Of a stretch of DNA of 64,000 bases, positions 1-13,975 are shown piece after piece; position 1 is the first letter of the stretch, and every line of letters begins with the position of its first letter. Source of the stretch: Hemiscyllium ocellatum. Lineage: Eukaryota. The DNA is taken from the NCBI RefSeq assembly GCF_020745735.1, contig NC_083435.1, forward strand, positions 13,113,201 to 13,177,200. Reading direction: 5' to 3'. The translations under genes were made by a program, and so were the position numbers. The notes beneath the pieces are model-generated. The model was given only the letters and a program-made list of their open reading frames with translations, ran no database searches and was not told the origin of the DNA.

Positions 1-64
1 TCACAGCTGCAAATGTGTTGCTGGTCAAAGCACAGCAGGCCAGGCAGCATCTCAGGAATAGAGA

Positions 65-100
65 ATTCGACGTTTCGAGCATAAGCCCTTCATCAGGAAT
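65..100 (-). ncRNA. Minimal hammerhead ribozyme motif, inverted-arm copy
   Basis: Exact reverse complement of 1693-1728 (attcgacgtttcgagcataagcccttcatcaggaat). Confidence 0.8.
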
Positions 101-1692
101 AAGAGAGAGAGAGCCAAGCAGGCTAAGATAAAAGGTAGGGAGGAGGGACTAGGGGGAGGGGTGATGGAGGTGGGATAGGTGGAAGGAGGTCAAGGTGAGG
201 GTGATAGGCCGGAGTGGGGTGGGGGCGGAGAGGTCAGGAAGAGGATTGCAGGTTAGGAGGGTGGTGCTGAGTTGAGGGAACCGACTGAGACAAGGTGGGG
301 GGAGGGGAAATGAGGAAACTGGAGAAATCTGAATTCATACCTTGTGGTTGGAGGGTTCCCAGGCGGAAGATGAGGCGCTCCTCCTCCAGCCGTCGTGTAG
401 TTGTGTTCTGCCGGTGGAGGAGTCCAAGGACCTGCATGTCCTCGGTGGAGTGGGAGGGAGAGTTAAAGTGTTGAGCCACGGGGTGATTGGGTTGGTTGGT
501 TCGGGCGGCCCGGAGGTGTTCTCTGAAGCGTTCCGCAAGTAAGCGGCCTGTCTCACCAATATAGAGGAGGCCACATCGGGTGCAGCGGATGCAATAGATG
601 ATGTGTGTGGAGGTACAGGTGAACTTGTGGCGGATATGGAAGGATCCCTTGGGGCCTTGGAGGGAAGTGAGTGTGGAGGTGTGGGCGCAAGTTTTACATT
701 TCCTGCGGTTGCAGGGGAAGGTGCCGGGGGTGGAGGTTGGGTTGGTGGGGGCACAGCCCAGATGGCCTCCTTCTTCAAGGACCGCAGATTCCCCCCAGAC
801 GTGATCGACGATGCCCTCCACCGCATCTCCTCCACTTCCCGCTCCTCCGCCCTTGAGCCCCGCTCCTCCAACCGCCACCAAGACAGAACCCCACTGGTTC
901 TCACCTACCACCCCACCAACCTCCGCATACAACGTATCATCCGCCGCCATTTCCGCCACCTCCAAACGGACCCCACCACCAAGGATATATTTCCCTCCCC
1001 TCCCCTATCAGCGTTCCGCAAGGACCACTCCCTTCGTGACTCCCTCGTCAGATCCACACCCCCCACCAACCCAACCTCCACCCCCGGCACCTTCCCCTGC
1101 AACCGCAGGAAATGTAAAACTTGCGCCCACACCTCCACACTCACTTCCCTCCAAGGCCCCAAGGGATCCTTCCATATCCGCCACAAGTTCACCTGTACCT
1201 CCACACACATCATCTATTGCATCCGCTGCACCCGATGTGGCCTCCTCTATATTGGTGAGACAGGCCGCTTACTTGCGGAACGCTTCAGAGAACACCTCCG
1301 GGCCGCCCGAACCAACCAACCCAATCACCCCGTGGCTCAACACTTTAACTCTCCCTCCCACTCCACCGAGGACATGCAGGTCCTTGGACTCCTCCACCGG
1401 CAGAACACAACTACACGACGGCTGGAGGAGGAGCGCCTCATCTTCCGCCTGGGAACCCTCCAACCACAAGGTATGAATTCAGATTTCTCCAGTTTCCTCA
1501 TTTTCCCCTCCCCCCACCTTGTCTCAGTCGGTTCCCTCAACTCAGCACCGCCTTCCTGACCTCTCCGCCCCCACCCCACTCTGGCCTATCACCCTCACCT
1601 TGACCTCCTTCCACCTATCCCACCTCCATCGCCCCTCCCCCTAGTCCCTCCTCCCTACCTTTTATCTTAGCCTGCTTGGCTCTCTCTCTCTT

Positions 1693-1728
1693 ATTCCTGA
1701 TGAAGGGCTTATGCTCGAAACGTCGAAT
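1693..1728 (+). ncRNA. Minimal type I hammerhead ribozyme motif in the Penelope-like terminal repeat
   Basis: attc-CTGATGA-a-gggc(ttat)gctc-GAAA-CGTC-gaat: intact core, stem I attc/gaat, stem II, vestigial palindromic stem III; predicted cleavage after 1724. Confidence 0.8.
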
Positions 1729-4254
1729 TCTCTATTCCTGAGATGCTGCCTGGCCTGCTGTGCTTTGACCAGCAACACATTTGCAGCGATCATCTCTGCT
1801 GAGGCCAGTTTTTCATTTGATATTTATTTAATTAACCTTTCCAACTGTCCTGATGAGATGTACTTGAAACCTCAACTCATGACTCAAACTTGATTACTAA
1901 ACCAGTATCATAACCATCATAGATGACGTCAGGCTTGCAATACAACCTTCTTGTAACAACACCTTCTATTACAATTTCATCATTACAACCTCTCATTTGA
2001 TTACACTTTTTCCTACAATCTCTCAAATTATTACCACTTCTCCTTTTGTTGCAATCTGAAAATTACATTGTCTGCTCCCACTCATTACAAATATAAAGTG
2101 CTTAAATATTTGGTTGATAAGGGGTGGATTGACAGTCAGCATTTTTAACAGTGGTCATGTCATTCTAATCAAGTTGAATTTAAGAGTTGATAGGAAAATA
2201 GAAACATAGGATAAGGAGTGGTTCAAACAGATCAGGGCTGATCTTCAGCCTCTCCATCGTCTATATCTTTTGCAATCTGTCCATTGCCATCTTTAAAATA
2301 TTCAATGATTAAGCATTCATGGTCCTCTGAAATTCACCACCCTGAGTGAAGGAATTCCTTAACTCAGTCCTATTAGACTATAAAACAAGAACAGGAGTAC
2401 GCTTTTTTGCCCGTTTGAGTCTGCTCCTCTATTCAATAGGATAATGGCTGATCCAGTATTCCTCATGTCCACTTTTCTGGCTTTTCCCCAAAACCCTTGC
2501 TTCCCCATGTCCTGAAGTAAAGGGAATCTATATATCTCAGCCTTACATATCGATAAGGATATCCATACTTGAATGCGGCAAGACGTTCCAAAGACGCTCA
2601 ACTTGCTGACAAAAAATTTCTTCTCAGTCTTAAATTTTCACCCCTTTACTCGAAGACTGTACTTTCTTGATCCACTCTCCCTTGAGAGGAAACATCCCCT
2701 CAGCATTAACCCTTTCAAGCCTTAAGATTCCTACATGTTTCAAAGAGGTCATCTCTCATTCTTCTAAATTCTAATGAGACTGTCCTCCATTGGTTCCTGA
2801 CCTCCCAGCCAAGAGAGACATCTTTGCTGGATCCACACAATAAAACTTGTACATGTGTTAATGTGATCATCTCTCATTCTTCTGACTATAAGCTCAGGTT
2901 CCCTAATCAGGTCAGAAATAGGGTAGGTAAGGGAGTGCCCATGGATGTTATGGTTGACTTCTAGAGTGTATTTACCAACATATCACTCTGGGATCATTTG
3001 GGAAAATTACAGGATACATGAGAACAATCGACAGAATGTGGTAGTTGGGTGTGCTTAGCGTTTTGTATTGGGACCCAAACCATACCGCCATACTTAATAA
3101 TAGATGGGAAAAGGAGTAGAGGGTTGTATCATGGAAGGGTTACAGCATATTCATCCCATTATGCATGTGCTGGCTCTCTGCAAAAGAAAACCACTTAGCC
3201 CCTCTCCTCCATCTTTTTCCACCGAACTTGCATTTTGCTTTCCTATTTACATATATAATTATTTTAAAAGCTTATCATTGAATCTGCCTTCATCACACTT
3301 CTCTTGCATTCCGGATCCTAATAATTTGCTGTGCATAAAAAATTGTTCTTCGTGTCACTGTAGTTCTTTTGCTTATTACCTTAAATCTGTGCCCTCTGGT
3401 TCTATATCTGTTCAGTAATACTTTCTCCAAATACTTTGTCCAGATTCTTTATGACTTTGAACACCTCTGTCAAATCTCCCCTCAACCCTCTCTCCCCTAA
3501 GAAAAATAATCCCAACCTTCCGACATAATTGAAGTCTCTCATCCCTGAAACTATTACGAATGTCTTGCCCATCCTCTCTGATACCTCAACAACTTGAAAA
3601 AAGGGCAGTGGCCCAGAGCTTGAGACAATGCTTCTTTTTCTGCACATCCTTGTTAGCGGATGACAGTAATTTTGAAACCACAGTCAGCAGTGCATGTGGG
3701 GTGAGAAATCCCCAAAGGGACACAAGAAGACCAAGAGAGCAAGGACATATGTGGAACTCAAGATGGCACAGTGGGCGGTCACCTACTTCAGACCAAAGGA
3801 CGCTATATCAGTGTACTGTTAACACTCAAAACCGGTCAGCTTCAGGGTTGGATTGGCTGTATTTCAGGTCAGTTACTTTGAGCAGTGGTCAACCTGTATC
3901 CAGTGGGGTCAAGGGTCACTTGCTGCACAGGAATGATTATACAAAGTAGTAGCAGTAGTCCATTCAGTCTTTCCCATAATTTGACAAGATTTTGGCTGGT
4001 GTTTGTGTTTCTACTCCAACATTCCCATCTACCTGGCAACTCTTGCCTTGCTGTAAAATAATCTATCCACCTCCAAATATTTTTAAAACTCATGAGGCAG
4101 AGAATTTTGAAGTTACAAAGCCCTCTCAAAGAAGGGATTTCTTCTCATCTCTGCCTTGATGGGCAAACCTAAAGTTAAAATGGTGCCTGCTGATTCTGAA
4201 CTCACCCACAAAAGGAAACATCTTCTATTATGTCCACCTTGTTAAAGTCCACCG

Positions 4255-5185
4255 CTGTTTGTCGTTTTTATAAATAACCTGGATGAGACCGTAGAAGGAT
4301 AGGTTAGTAACTTTGCGGGTGACACTAAGATCAGTAGTGTTGTGAACATTGCAGAAGGATGTTGTAGGTCACAGAGGGACATAGATAAACTGCACAGCTG
4401 GGCTGAGAGGTGGCGAATGGAGTTTAATGCGGAAAAGTGAGGGGTGATTCACTTTGGAAGGAGCAACAGCAATGCAGAGTACTGGGCTAATGGTAAAATT
4501 CTTGGTAGTGCAGATGAGCAGAGGGATTTGTGTCCATGTACGTAGATCCCTGAAATTGCCATCCAGGTTGATAGGGTTGTTAAGAAGGCATACTGCGTGT
4601 TAGCTTTTATTAGTACAGGAATTGAGTTTCAAAACCATGAGGTCATGCTGCAACTGTACAAAACTCTGGTGTGGCCCAACTTGAAAGTATTATGTACAGT
4701 TCTGGTCACCGCATTATAAGAAGGATGTGGAAGCTTTTAGAAAGGGTTCAGAGGAGATTTATTAGGATGTTGCCTGAAATGGAAGAAAGGCTTGAGGGAC
4801 TTGAGGCTGTTTTTGTTGGAGAGAAGGTTGAGAGGTGACTTAATTGAGACATTTAATATAATCAGTGGGTAGATAGGGTAGAAGTGAGAGCCTTTTTCCT
4901 CAGATGGTGATGGCTAGCATGAGGGGGCATAGCTTTAAATTGAGGGGAGATCGATATCGGACAGATGTCAGAGCTAGTTTCTTTACTCACAGTAGTAGGG
5001 GCGTGGAACGCATTGCCTGCAACAGTAGTACACTTGCCAACTTTAAGGGCATTTAAGTAGTCATTGGATAAACATATGCACGAAAATGGAATAGTATCGG
5101 TTAGATGGGCTTCAGATTGTCCCACCAACCTGTGAAACCATCGAGGGCCAAAGGGCCTGTAGTGTGCTGTAATGTTCTATGTTCT
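4255..5185 (+). mobile_element. CR1 LINE 3' fragment (RT C-terminus and 3' UTR), decayed
   Basis: Remnants of FAGDTK, WAERWRMEFNAEK and QFWSPHYKKD; 3' tail gggcctgt...gttctatgttcta. Confidence 0.8.
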
Positions 5186-6400
5186 AAAACAGTTCAGAAT
5201 CTTACACATTTCAATCAAGTGACCCCTCACTCTTCTAAACTCAGATGAAAACAAGCCCACCCTGCTCAACGGTTCCTCATGAGATAAGCCGCTCATTCAA
5301 GGTACCAATCCATTAACCTTCTCTGCATATCCTGCTGCAGTTTCTAGCCAAATTGTTGCATTAATTAACTTTAATTAGGCGAACTTTTTTTTAAAATGCC
5401 ACATTTGAAGAAGTCCAATATTTGGAAAACTCTGGTTTAAAGACAACAGGTTCTGAGAGATTGTACATGCTCCATTCTCACCAGTTAGAGACTAAGAAAG
5501 GACAATAAATGATCAGAACAAATCAAAAGCTGATGGCACTAAATGGAAAGAAATGCTATTTCAGCCTTGGTCAGATACCCACCTACAGTACCTGAATTTG
5601 TCTTTGGTTAATTCATTATTTAATGTGGACACCACTGGTTTATTTCCCTGTCTATGACAATGAAAAGCTGGAAACAGTGTGGGTCTAATGAGACTTGAAA
5701 GCCTAGGAGGTTATCTGGCCGACATGGATGAGGTGAACCGAGGATGTTTCTGTGCTTTATGGCTGTATGACTATGACTCATTACTATGTCATGAACAGGT
5801 AGAGAAAAAAATCAAACCAAAAGCTAACAGAAGGCAGGCCTTTTACGTATGAGGGACAAGAATACAAAAAAGTCGAAGTCAAACTTCAGGTATATAACAC
5901 CCAGGTTACAGCATACTCAGAGTAACAGTGATGAGTTTTGGACATCATACTTTTGGATGTTTACACTAACCTCAAAGGAAGTGCAGGTAGATTCACAAGA
6001 ATGATAGCCGGTTTCTGAAAGTTGAATTATCAGTAGATTTTAAAACAACTAGGGATGCATTCCCTGGAATTCAGAGGGATTCAGCTGAGTTGATTGAAGT
6101 TCTCTCGATGTTAAGGGGAACAGGTCAGGTAGATAAAGAAAAGCTATTTCTGCTGGGTGGGAAATCAAAAACTAAGACCACCATTTAAAAATTAGAGGTA
6201 CTCATTTTAGGAGTGAAATTTAGAAACACTTCTATCTAATAGGTTGCAGTGGGAGACAGTTTGTAATCGTGACCATAAATGGCAATTGATGCTCGATCAA
6301 TTGCTCATTTTAAATCTGAGAATGATGTTTCAGTAGATATCAAGGAACAAAGGGCATTGGAGTTAGATGTAAGATCAGTCACAATCTTATCAAATAAGAT

Positions 6401-6748
6401 CAACATGGTGGCACAATGGTTAGCAATGCTCCCTGAGTGCCAGGGACATGGGTACAATCCCAGCATTGGGGAGACTATGTGGAATTAGTACGTTCTCCCC
6501 AGTCTCTGTGTGGGTTTCTTTGGAGTCTCCAGTTTCCTCCCACAGTCCGACTAAATGGCTTGGACTTAGTAAAATTGCCCTGTAATTGTCCAAGGATGTG
6601 CAGGTTATGTGGTTTAGCCATGAGGTTTAAAAACCCCATGCATGGTTACAAAGATGGGGTAGGGGTGGTTCTGGATGGGATCTCCTTCAGAGGGGCAGAG
6701 CAGACACCATGGGCTGAATGGCCCTATCTGGACTGTAAGATTCTATGA
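6401..6748 (+). mobile_element. HE1/V-type SINE, degenerate
   Basis: tRNA-like head ggtggcacaatggttagc, V-domain-like ttctccccagtctctgtgtgggtttc, CR1-like tail gattctatga. Confidence 0.7.
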
Positions 6749-7530
6749 AATGACAGGACAGGTTCTAGGGCTGAATGGTCTCCATCCATTCCATGAAGGC
6801 CAGGGGAGTGGTGACCTTATATCTGCTGTAGTCCTTTTCCCCTTTAAAAACTCAAAGGGCAATCAGTGGCTCTTCAATGTTGAGAATAAAATCTGATTGT
6901 AAAAGCTGTGAGAGGGATGACCCTAAAGCTTCATGAGCAGGCTGTGTTTGAGTGTTAGACTGCATGGCAACTACCTGCCTTACAACTGAAACAACCACCA
7001 TAAAAGCACTCCGTGAAAGAAAAAACAGTTTGAGGGACAATGCTCTACCTTCCCGGCACTTGACAAATTAACAATTCACGTAACAGGAGGTTATAAAAAG
7101 AAATGATTTTCGCTTGTATATTTTTTTAAATCACAAATTATTATTTTTTGCAATAAAAATATAGATTACACAAAAGAGACGTTTCCTGTTGTGGAGACAT
7201 ACAAAATAAAATAAACCAGGCGATGGTGAGGATAGGCCCTTGGTTAAAAAAACTCAAACAGACAAGAGCAGAAGGTGGACCGAGAATTTGGAAGAGTCCA
7301 TTGTTTGACCAGATTAAAACTGTGTGCCGTTAATTGGGGTGGCTGCACTGTGAGGTTGTCTAAAAAATGGGGTGCTTCTTTGACAGGAGGCGATTCTGTG
7401 TGAAATATGGGAGGGGTCAGGTTGGAATGGATCTGGGGTGAGGAAGGATGAAGATTCTGAGATGATAAAGTGGAGAGAGGGGAAGGATAGGATGGAAGGG
7501 GTAGATTGGGTTGGTGGGTAAAACCAACTG

Positions 7531-8880
7531 CTAAGGCACCACCAGGCTGATTTCAGCGGGCTTGTTCTCCATGTTGCGTGTAGTGGTCTTGCCGTGCTGG
7601 TCCCGGAGGTGGACCCGCAGGGTGCTGTAGTGGGTGAAGCGCATGTCGCAGTAACTGCAGCAATGCGGCGAGTCGCCGTTGTGCACGTTCATGTGGTCCT
7701 TGAGCGAGCGCTTCTGCGTGAAGGTGCGACCGCAGATAGCGCAGCAGTACGGCTTGAAGCCGGTGTGCACATTGATGTGCTGCGCCAGCCGTGCATTTTT
7801 CTTGAACACTTTGCCGCACAGCAGGCACATGTAGAGCTTGTGGACTACCATGTGGGCAGCCAGGTGCTCGCGGTGCTCGAACGGTGCGCCGCATTCCGAG
7901 CACAGGCCAGGGCTGCGCGCTGACTCCCCTTCCTTACCGCCCAGTCCCGCCAGGGCGGTGGCAGAAGGGGGCGGCGGCTGTTGCTGTTGAGGTGCCAGCG
8001 GCGGGTGCTCCTCTCCAGGCCGGTAGTAACTACCAGTGAAGCCGCTGCTGCGGCACTCCTCACTGGCTGAGCTCTCATAGTCCTCCTCCTGGAACTCGTC
8101 CGAGATCATCACCTCTGACATGTCATAGGGAGGGCCACTGGCATCTGGGTAGCCACCCGCTGTTGAGTGAATGCCTGGATCGGGCTCCAGGCCGTTAGCG
8201 GCCTCAGGACCGCGCACTTTGCCCACCGGCTCCGGGCAACCCTCCATGCAGTCGGCTAGCGACTCCACCTTGTGGATGCAGATGTCCTCGGTCCCACTGA
8301 AATCTGAGTGTTGTTCTGACTCCAGCTTCACCACATCGTCAGCTGGCGTCCGCTTCGGTATTTTCTCCTCTGATGCTGGTGCCGCTGCCCCAGCTTCCCA
8401 GGGAGCTGGCCTCTCTGTGTCCGGCACTCGCTCTGACGAGCTGGCGATCTGCGGCGTGCCAGGCCCCTCATCGACTCCCTCGGATGGGGGCACGCGGGGC
8501 CCGATGCGTGGTGACAGCGATTGGCGGCACTTCTCCACCACATGCTCCATCTGCAGGCAGCTCGCGGCTGTCAGGTAGTCGAGGATGTCATTGAAGGGGA
8601 ACTCAAGGCAGCCGGTATAGCATGAGAGCAACAGGCGCAGCACAATCTGGGCGCCGGTCATGGGGAAGACCTGCACCTCCTGTGATGGGTTCATGTGGAA
8701 CTGATCACGCAGGAACGGCGAGCATGCGGCCAATACCACCCTGTGTCCAGGGAAACGCAGCTGGTCTGCCACGATGGTCACGTCACAGAAACGCTCCTCC
8801 AGCCGCAGTTGGTTCATCTTCTTCAGGATGGTCACCTCGTGGCTCGGGAACTGAAACCTCACTACGTCATCAGACGCCAT
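7531..8880 (-). CDS. BTB/POZ + 4 C2H2 zinc-finger protein, ZBTB12-like paralog A (449 aa, single coding exon)
   Basis: [38 protein letters not shown]; four C2H2 fingers ending [10 protein letters not shown]; Kozak gccATGg; pyrimidine tract and AG acceptor just upstream (about 8897). Confidence 0.93.
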   Translation of the reverse strand: MASDDVVRFQFPSHEVTILKKMNQLRLEERFCDVTIVADQLRFPGHRVVLAACSPFLRDQFHMNPSQEVQVFPMTGAQIVLRLLLSCYTGCLEFPFNDILDYLTAASCLQMEHVVEKCRQSLSPRIGPRVPPSEGVDEGPGTPQIASSSERVPDTERPAPWEAGAAAPASEEKIPKRTPADDVVKLESEQHSDFSGTEDICIHKVESLADCMEGCPEPVGKVRGPEAANGLEPDPGIHSTAGGYPDASGPPYDMSEVMISDEFQEEDYESSASEECRSSGFTGSYYRPGEEHPPLAPQQQQPPPPSATALAGLGGKEGESARSPGLCSECGAPFEHREHLAAHMVVHKLYMCLLCGKVFKKNARLAQHINVHTGFKPYCCAICGRTFTQKRSLKDHMNVHNGDSPHCCSYCDMRFTHYSTLRVHLRDQHGKTTTRNMENKPAEISLVVP

Positions 8881-9199
8881 GGCTGGGCAGAGGAATCTGG
8901 GGAGGGATAAAGAGAAGAATAACAGGGAGAGGTCCTTAGGATGACATTCTCCAATTGCTTATCTGAGGAGGGGGACAAGAAGGAAAAATAACAGGGAAAG
9001 ATGCATCAGACATCTTCAGATGAACCACAATATACCCAGTGTTGCTAACATACAAGCAAGACGCAGGGCGAATCATTCCTTTCCCCCTGGAAATAGGAGG
9101 AAGATGAGCCCATTTGGCTCCTCTCCTCTGCCAGATTATGATTGTAGCTTTTGCTCTTTCCTGTCTGTCAACAATAATCCTCAACTCCCTCATACGGAT

Positions 9200-9800
9200 T
9201 AAGCTGCCAGCTGCAAGGTCCCCTCCAAGCCACTCACCATCCTGACTTGGAAATATATTGCCGTTCCTTCACTGGGTCAAAATCCTGGAATTCCTTCCCT
9301 TAGGTGATTGGGGGTCAACCTACAGCATGTGGACTGCAATGGATCAAGGTTGCTGCTCACTTCTCAAGGGCAGTAAGGACGGGTAATAAAATCCTGGCCA
9401 GCCAGCAACGCCTATATCCCACCAGTAAATTTTTTAAAATCCTATTCAACTCGGCCTTGAGTATATACCCTGAACCAATCTCCCAGACTTGCTGGAGAAG
9501 TGAATTCTAAGCCATCATTTATTGCGCATCCCTAGTTTCAGAGGCCAGTTGAGAGTCAACCATATTCCTGTGGTTCTAGAGTCACATGAAAACCAGACCA
9601 AGTAAGGATAGCAGTTTCCTTCCCTAAAGGGCATCAGTGAACCAGATGGGTTTTTCCTGACAATGGATTCATGGTCATCCTTAAGATCTTAATTCCAGAT
9701 TTTTATTGAATTCAAATTCCACCATAGCGGGGATCAAACTTAGGTCCCTGAACATTCTGGATTAACAGTTCAGTGATAATACCACGACACCATCGCCTCC
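9200..9800. mobile_element. L2-like 3' end (+, about 9200-9430) and L2-tailed SINE fragment (-, about 9515-9800)
   Basis: The block ctagagtcacatg..ccagacc..aaggatagcagtttccttccctaaagg..tgaaccagatgggtttt recurs at about 10570-10915 and 27800-28080. Family names are from recall. Confidence 0.55.
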
Positions 9801-10509
9801 CTCCTTCTCCCCACCTTAAATTAGAAACTCTTTATTATTAAACTGTGGCTCCTCACTTATATTTCGCCCAAAAGAGAAGTATCTCAGCATCTTGCATTTC
9901 AAGGTCACTCAGAATATTATATGTTTCAATAAGATTACCTCTCATTTTTCCTAATTCCAATGAGTATAGGCCTAACCTGCAGATGCACAAATCATGGGCA
10001 GCAGAAGGCTGGTCAGCCCTTCAAACCGTCCAGTCTCTGCCACTCAATAAGATCTTGGCCAATTTGTAAGTGTTTTAAATTCCACATTCCCAATTATCCA
10101 AAAGCTTTTTGATTCCCTTGCCTATCAAGGATCTTAAAAATATTAAATGACCTCCACCATCTTAGAATCAGAGCATATTTACAGCACGGAAAGAGGCCCT
10201 TCATCCCACAGTGTCCATGCTACTCATCCATGTCCATCTAATCTAATCTAATCCTATTTTCAAGCACTTGATCTTGTACCTTTGTATGCATTTCATCTGT
10301 TCATTTAAATAGTTCCAAAATGCCCTGAGGGTTCCTGCCTCTACCACCCTTTTAAACAATGAGTTCCAGATAAGCACAGTCCTCTGGATGAGAAATAATT
10401 TCCTCAAATTCCCTTTAAACCTTCTGCTTTTTAATCTTAAAATTGTGCCCCTGGTTACTAACCCCTCAACTAAGGGGAAAATGTTTTCCTTATCTCAGAA
10501 TGTTGTACA

Positions 10510-11850
10510 CCTCAAGTGGGAGCGTGAGTGGAGAAATGGCATGTGGAAATTTTAATCCAGACAAGTGCATTTTTTAATTCATTCATAGGAGGTAGGCGTT
10601 GTCACCTAGTTGTGCATTGAGGGCTGGGCAATTAATGCTCAGTCAGCCACATTGCTATGGTTCTGGAGTCCCATGTTGACCAGACCGGGTAGGGATAGCA
10701 GTTTCCTGCCTTAAAGGACATTAATGAACCAGATGGGTTTTTCCAACACTGGATTCATGGGTATCTTTAGACTATTAATTCCAGATTTTGAAAAAAATGA
10801 ATTCAAATTCCACCATCTACCATGGCAGGATTCAAACCTGTTTTCCTGGGTTGCAACCTGAGTGTCTGGATTAGCAGTCCAGCAATTAATAGCATTAAGC
10901 CATCACCTCCCCTTAAGTGTGAAGCGATGCAGTTTGAGAGATCAAATGCAAGAGGAGACTATACAGTAAATGATAACACCATGAGGAGCACTAAATAACA
11001 GAGGGACCTTGAGGTGCATGTCCATAGCTCCTTGAAAATGGCAATACAGGTGGATAAGGCAGGAAAAGGTGTTAGGCATGCTTGCATTCATCAGTCAGAT
11101 CACTGAGTATAAAATTGATGAGTCATGTTGCAGCGGTATATAACTTTAGTTAGGCCACATTTGGAATATTGTGTGTAGTTCTGGTCACTACACCATAGGA
11201 GGATATAGAGGTATTAGAGAGGGTGCAAAAGAAGTTTGCCAGGCTGTTGTCTGAATTGGAGTGTAGTGTTGAAAAGTGTGGTGCTAGAAAACCACAGCAG
11301 GCCAGGCAGCATAAGCCCTGATGCCCGAAACATCGATTCTCCTGCTCCTCGGATGCTCCCTGGCCTGCTGTGGTTTTCTAGCACCACACTTTTCAACTCT
11401 GGTCTCCAGCATCTGCAGTCCTCACTTTCTCCTTCTGAACTGAAGTGTATTAGCTATAAGGAGAGGATTGTTTTTGCTGACGAGTCAGAAGCTAAGGTGT
11501 GACCACAGAAATACATTAAATTGGGAATCGCAGATAGTCAGAGTCTTTTTGCCAAGATTTAGATTTTATGGGCATAGATTTAAGGTGAGAGGGGGAAAGT
11601 TTAAAGGAGATGTCCGAAGCAAGTTTTTTTTTGATGCAGAGGATGGTGGGTGCCCTTAACATGCTGCCAGGGGAGGTGGTAGAAGCAAATAAAATCGTAA
11701 TGTTTAACGGGCTTTTAGACAGACAAATAAACAGGCAGTGAATTGAGGAAAAATGGATCATGTGCAAGCAGGTAGGTTCATTTAGAATGGCATCATGGTC
11801 AGCACAAACATGGTTGGCCCAAGAGCCTGTTCCTCTGCTGTACCATTCTA
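10510..11850 (+). mobile_element. CR1 LINE 3' fragment with nested SINE and hairpin insertions
   Basis: Decayed RT peptides (RPHLEYCV.FWS) and a CR1-type 3' tail ending ccattctatgttcta. Confidence 0.7.
11266..11433. mobile_element. Penelope-derived hairpin mini-element with target-site duplication
   Basis: Inverted arms gttgaaaagtgtggtgctagaaaaccacagcaggccagg / cctggcctgctgtggttttctagcaccacacttttcaac; TSD tctgaattggagtgta (11250) vs tctgaactgaagtgta (11434); hammerhead remnant gcccgaaacatcgatt. Confidence 0.75.
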
Positions 11851-13384
11851 TGTTCTAGTCAGATCCCTCCTCTGCCTTCTCTGCTCAAAGGCAAACATCC
11901 CCAGCCTATCTGGTCTCTCTTCACAGCTGAATCACTGCAACCAGGCAACATCTGCCTCCTCTCTGGTGCAATCTCAATCTGTTTATAGTGTGTTAACCAG
12001 TGGTAAAGTATCCTTCACATAACCTTCGGAAGCAAAGTCGCACACATTCTGAGAGAAAAACTTCCCTAAAATGACAATACTGAATTTTAAAATAGGGCCC
12101 CCGAGTTCTGAGGAAGAATCATATAGGAGGCAAAGTGTTAACACTATATTTCTCCACAAATGCTGCCAGACCTGATTTTCTCTCATATTTTCTGTTTTTA
12201 TTTGACATCTCCCAACATCCATGTGACTTTGCTTTTCCTCCCCCTAGTTCTGAAGGCTTTCTCTTTTTAAAAAAAAATCAAAAGGGGCAAATTTTTTCAG
12301 TGTTTCTTTCTTCTGGACTGAACAGAGACAGTGCGTGAGAATGATAATTGTGTTACTGAATTGTGTTTACCAAGCATGTGTTTTTGAGATGCTGCCTATG
12401 TTGGAACATTTCATGATTAGTTGTTAAATAATATATTATCTTGTTATGTATTTCAATAAAGTTATGCTAATTCTTCTTTGTTGTATTTTAACTATGTTGT
12501 AAGAATAAAGTAAGTTTTGGTTTAAACTTAATGATGGATCAATCTAATCATGTGTGAACCACAGCACTTTATATTTGCCTTTTAAAAAGTATAAAAGTTA
12601 GGGTCTAGGCTATTTCCATAGTACACTTTGAGGGGGGAGCGAGGTGTGGGTCTAATCTGGTCAATAATATACAGCTAGATGATCAGCCATGATCTCGAAT
12701 GATGTAGTAGGCTTGAAGGGCCGGATGGCCTACTCCTGCTCCTATATTCTCTGTCTCACCAGGGATGAGGGATTTCTGAGACCAGAGAAACTGGGACAGC
12801 TCTCAGCATGGCAAAGAAAGTTAAGGAATTTAGCAGGGAATGATTTAGCAAAGATTTTCAAAATTACGAAAGGCTTTGACAGAGTAGACACAAAGAAACT
12901 GCTTCCAGTGGCAGTGGGTCAGTAACCAAAGAATATGGATTTATTATTTACCATTTATCATCAGAAGGAGGGATGAGGAGCAATTAAAAAATTCAAAAAG
13001 GAAAATTGCAGCTGATTGAATACCTCTAACAACGGACCCCAGGTCTTGTGGCACATGAACAGCCTCCCTGCCCCCCTCTGAACTCCAGTTTTTAATCCCA
13101 TATAATGGTCCAATGGCATGGAAGGAACAGTCCTAACACAGTAAATCCCTTCAAGTTTCAATGTCAGACAGTAAGTGCGAGTGCAACGATGCGGTGGAAA
13201 GAAAAATGGAGTCTCTACCATCACGTTCCATAGCTCTAAACCTCTGCATACAGAAGTGACTATCCAAGTGAACTGTCACATGCCAAAACGATTGGTTGTA
13301 TAGCCTCCTCCCTTACTGTTGAATTCCAAGCATGACGCAATTAAGTTGCATTGAGGTATTTAATTCAATCATGAGAATATAAAA

Positions 13385-13975
13385 AGTATGCTTAGTAAAG
13401 TTGCAGATGACATCGATATTGGTGGTATAGTAGACAGAGAAGAAGGTTATCTCAGATTACGAAGAGATCTTAATCAATTGAGTCAATGGGCCAAAGGGTG
13501 GCAGATGGAGTTTAATTTGGATACATGTTAGGTATTGCATTTTGATAAAACAAACAAGGGTTTGACTTCCACAATTAAAAGCAGAGCCTTGGGTAATGTT
13601 GTAGAACAGAGAGACCTAGGTGTTCAGCTTCATAATTCAAGTTTACATCATATGTAAACATGGTGATAAAGACGATGTTTAGCACGCTTGCCTTCATTGC
13701 TCAGACCTTCAAAGTATAGGAGTTGGGACATCATGTTCAGCCTGTATATGACATTGGTGAGGCCTCTTAGGGAGTAATGTGTTCGGTTCTGGTCGCCCTG
13801 TTATAGGAAGAAGCCTAGAGAGGTTTCAGAAGAGATTTACCAGGATATTGCTGGGATTGGAGGGTTTAAGTTATAAGGAGAGGCTGGATAGGTAGGTGGG
13901 ACTAGTTTAGTTTGGGATGGTGGTTGGCATGGACTGGTTGAACCGAAGGGTCTGTTACCGTGCTGTAAGACTCTA
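13385..13975 (+). mobile_element. CR1 LINE 3' fragment
   Basis: ADD..IGG and WQMEFN remnants; tail gaaccgaagggtctgttaccgtgctgtaagactcta. Confidence 0.75.

Larger units (their letters stand above)
6..1787 (+). mobile_element. Penelope-like retroelement (Neptune-type), 5'-truncated, with inverted duplication: arm 6-751 is the reverse complement of arm 1060-1787
   Basis: Plus-strand reading from about 751 to 1559 gives PCNRRKCKTC (Zn-knuckle linker) and IIYCIRCTRCGLLYIGETGRLLAERFREH (GIY-YIG endonuclease). The same peptide appears on the minus strand in ORF 234..965. The arms are near-identical apart from a roughly 19-nt indel and a few substitutions. Confidence 0.92.

Noticed and set aside
603-1559. 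318-aa ORF (and mirror ORF 234..965) as a complete protein
   Set aside because: Chimeric: the first ~49 aa are antisense read-through of the inverted arm. Only the part after about 751 is Penelope coding sequence, and the RT core is absent.
3560-3949. 129-aa ORF with an acceptor-like site near 3655 in non-repeat sequence
   Set aside because: No recognisable product and no partner exons; cannot be supported without transcript data.
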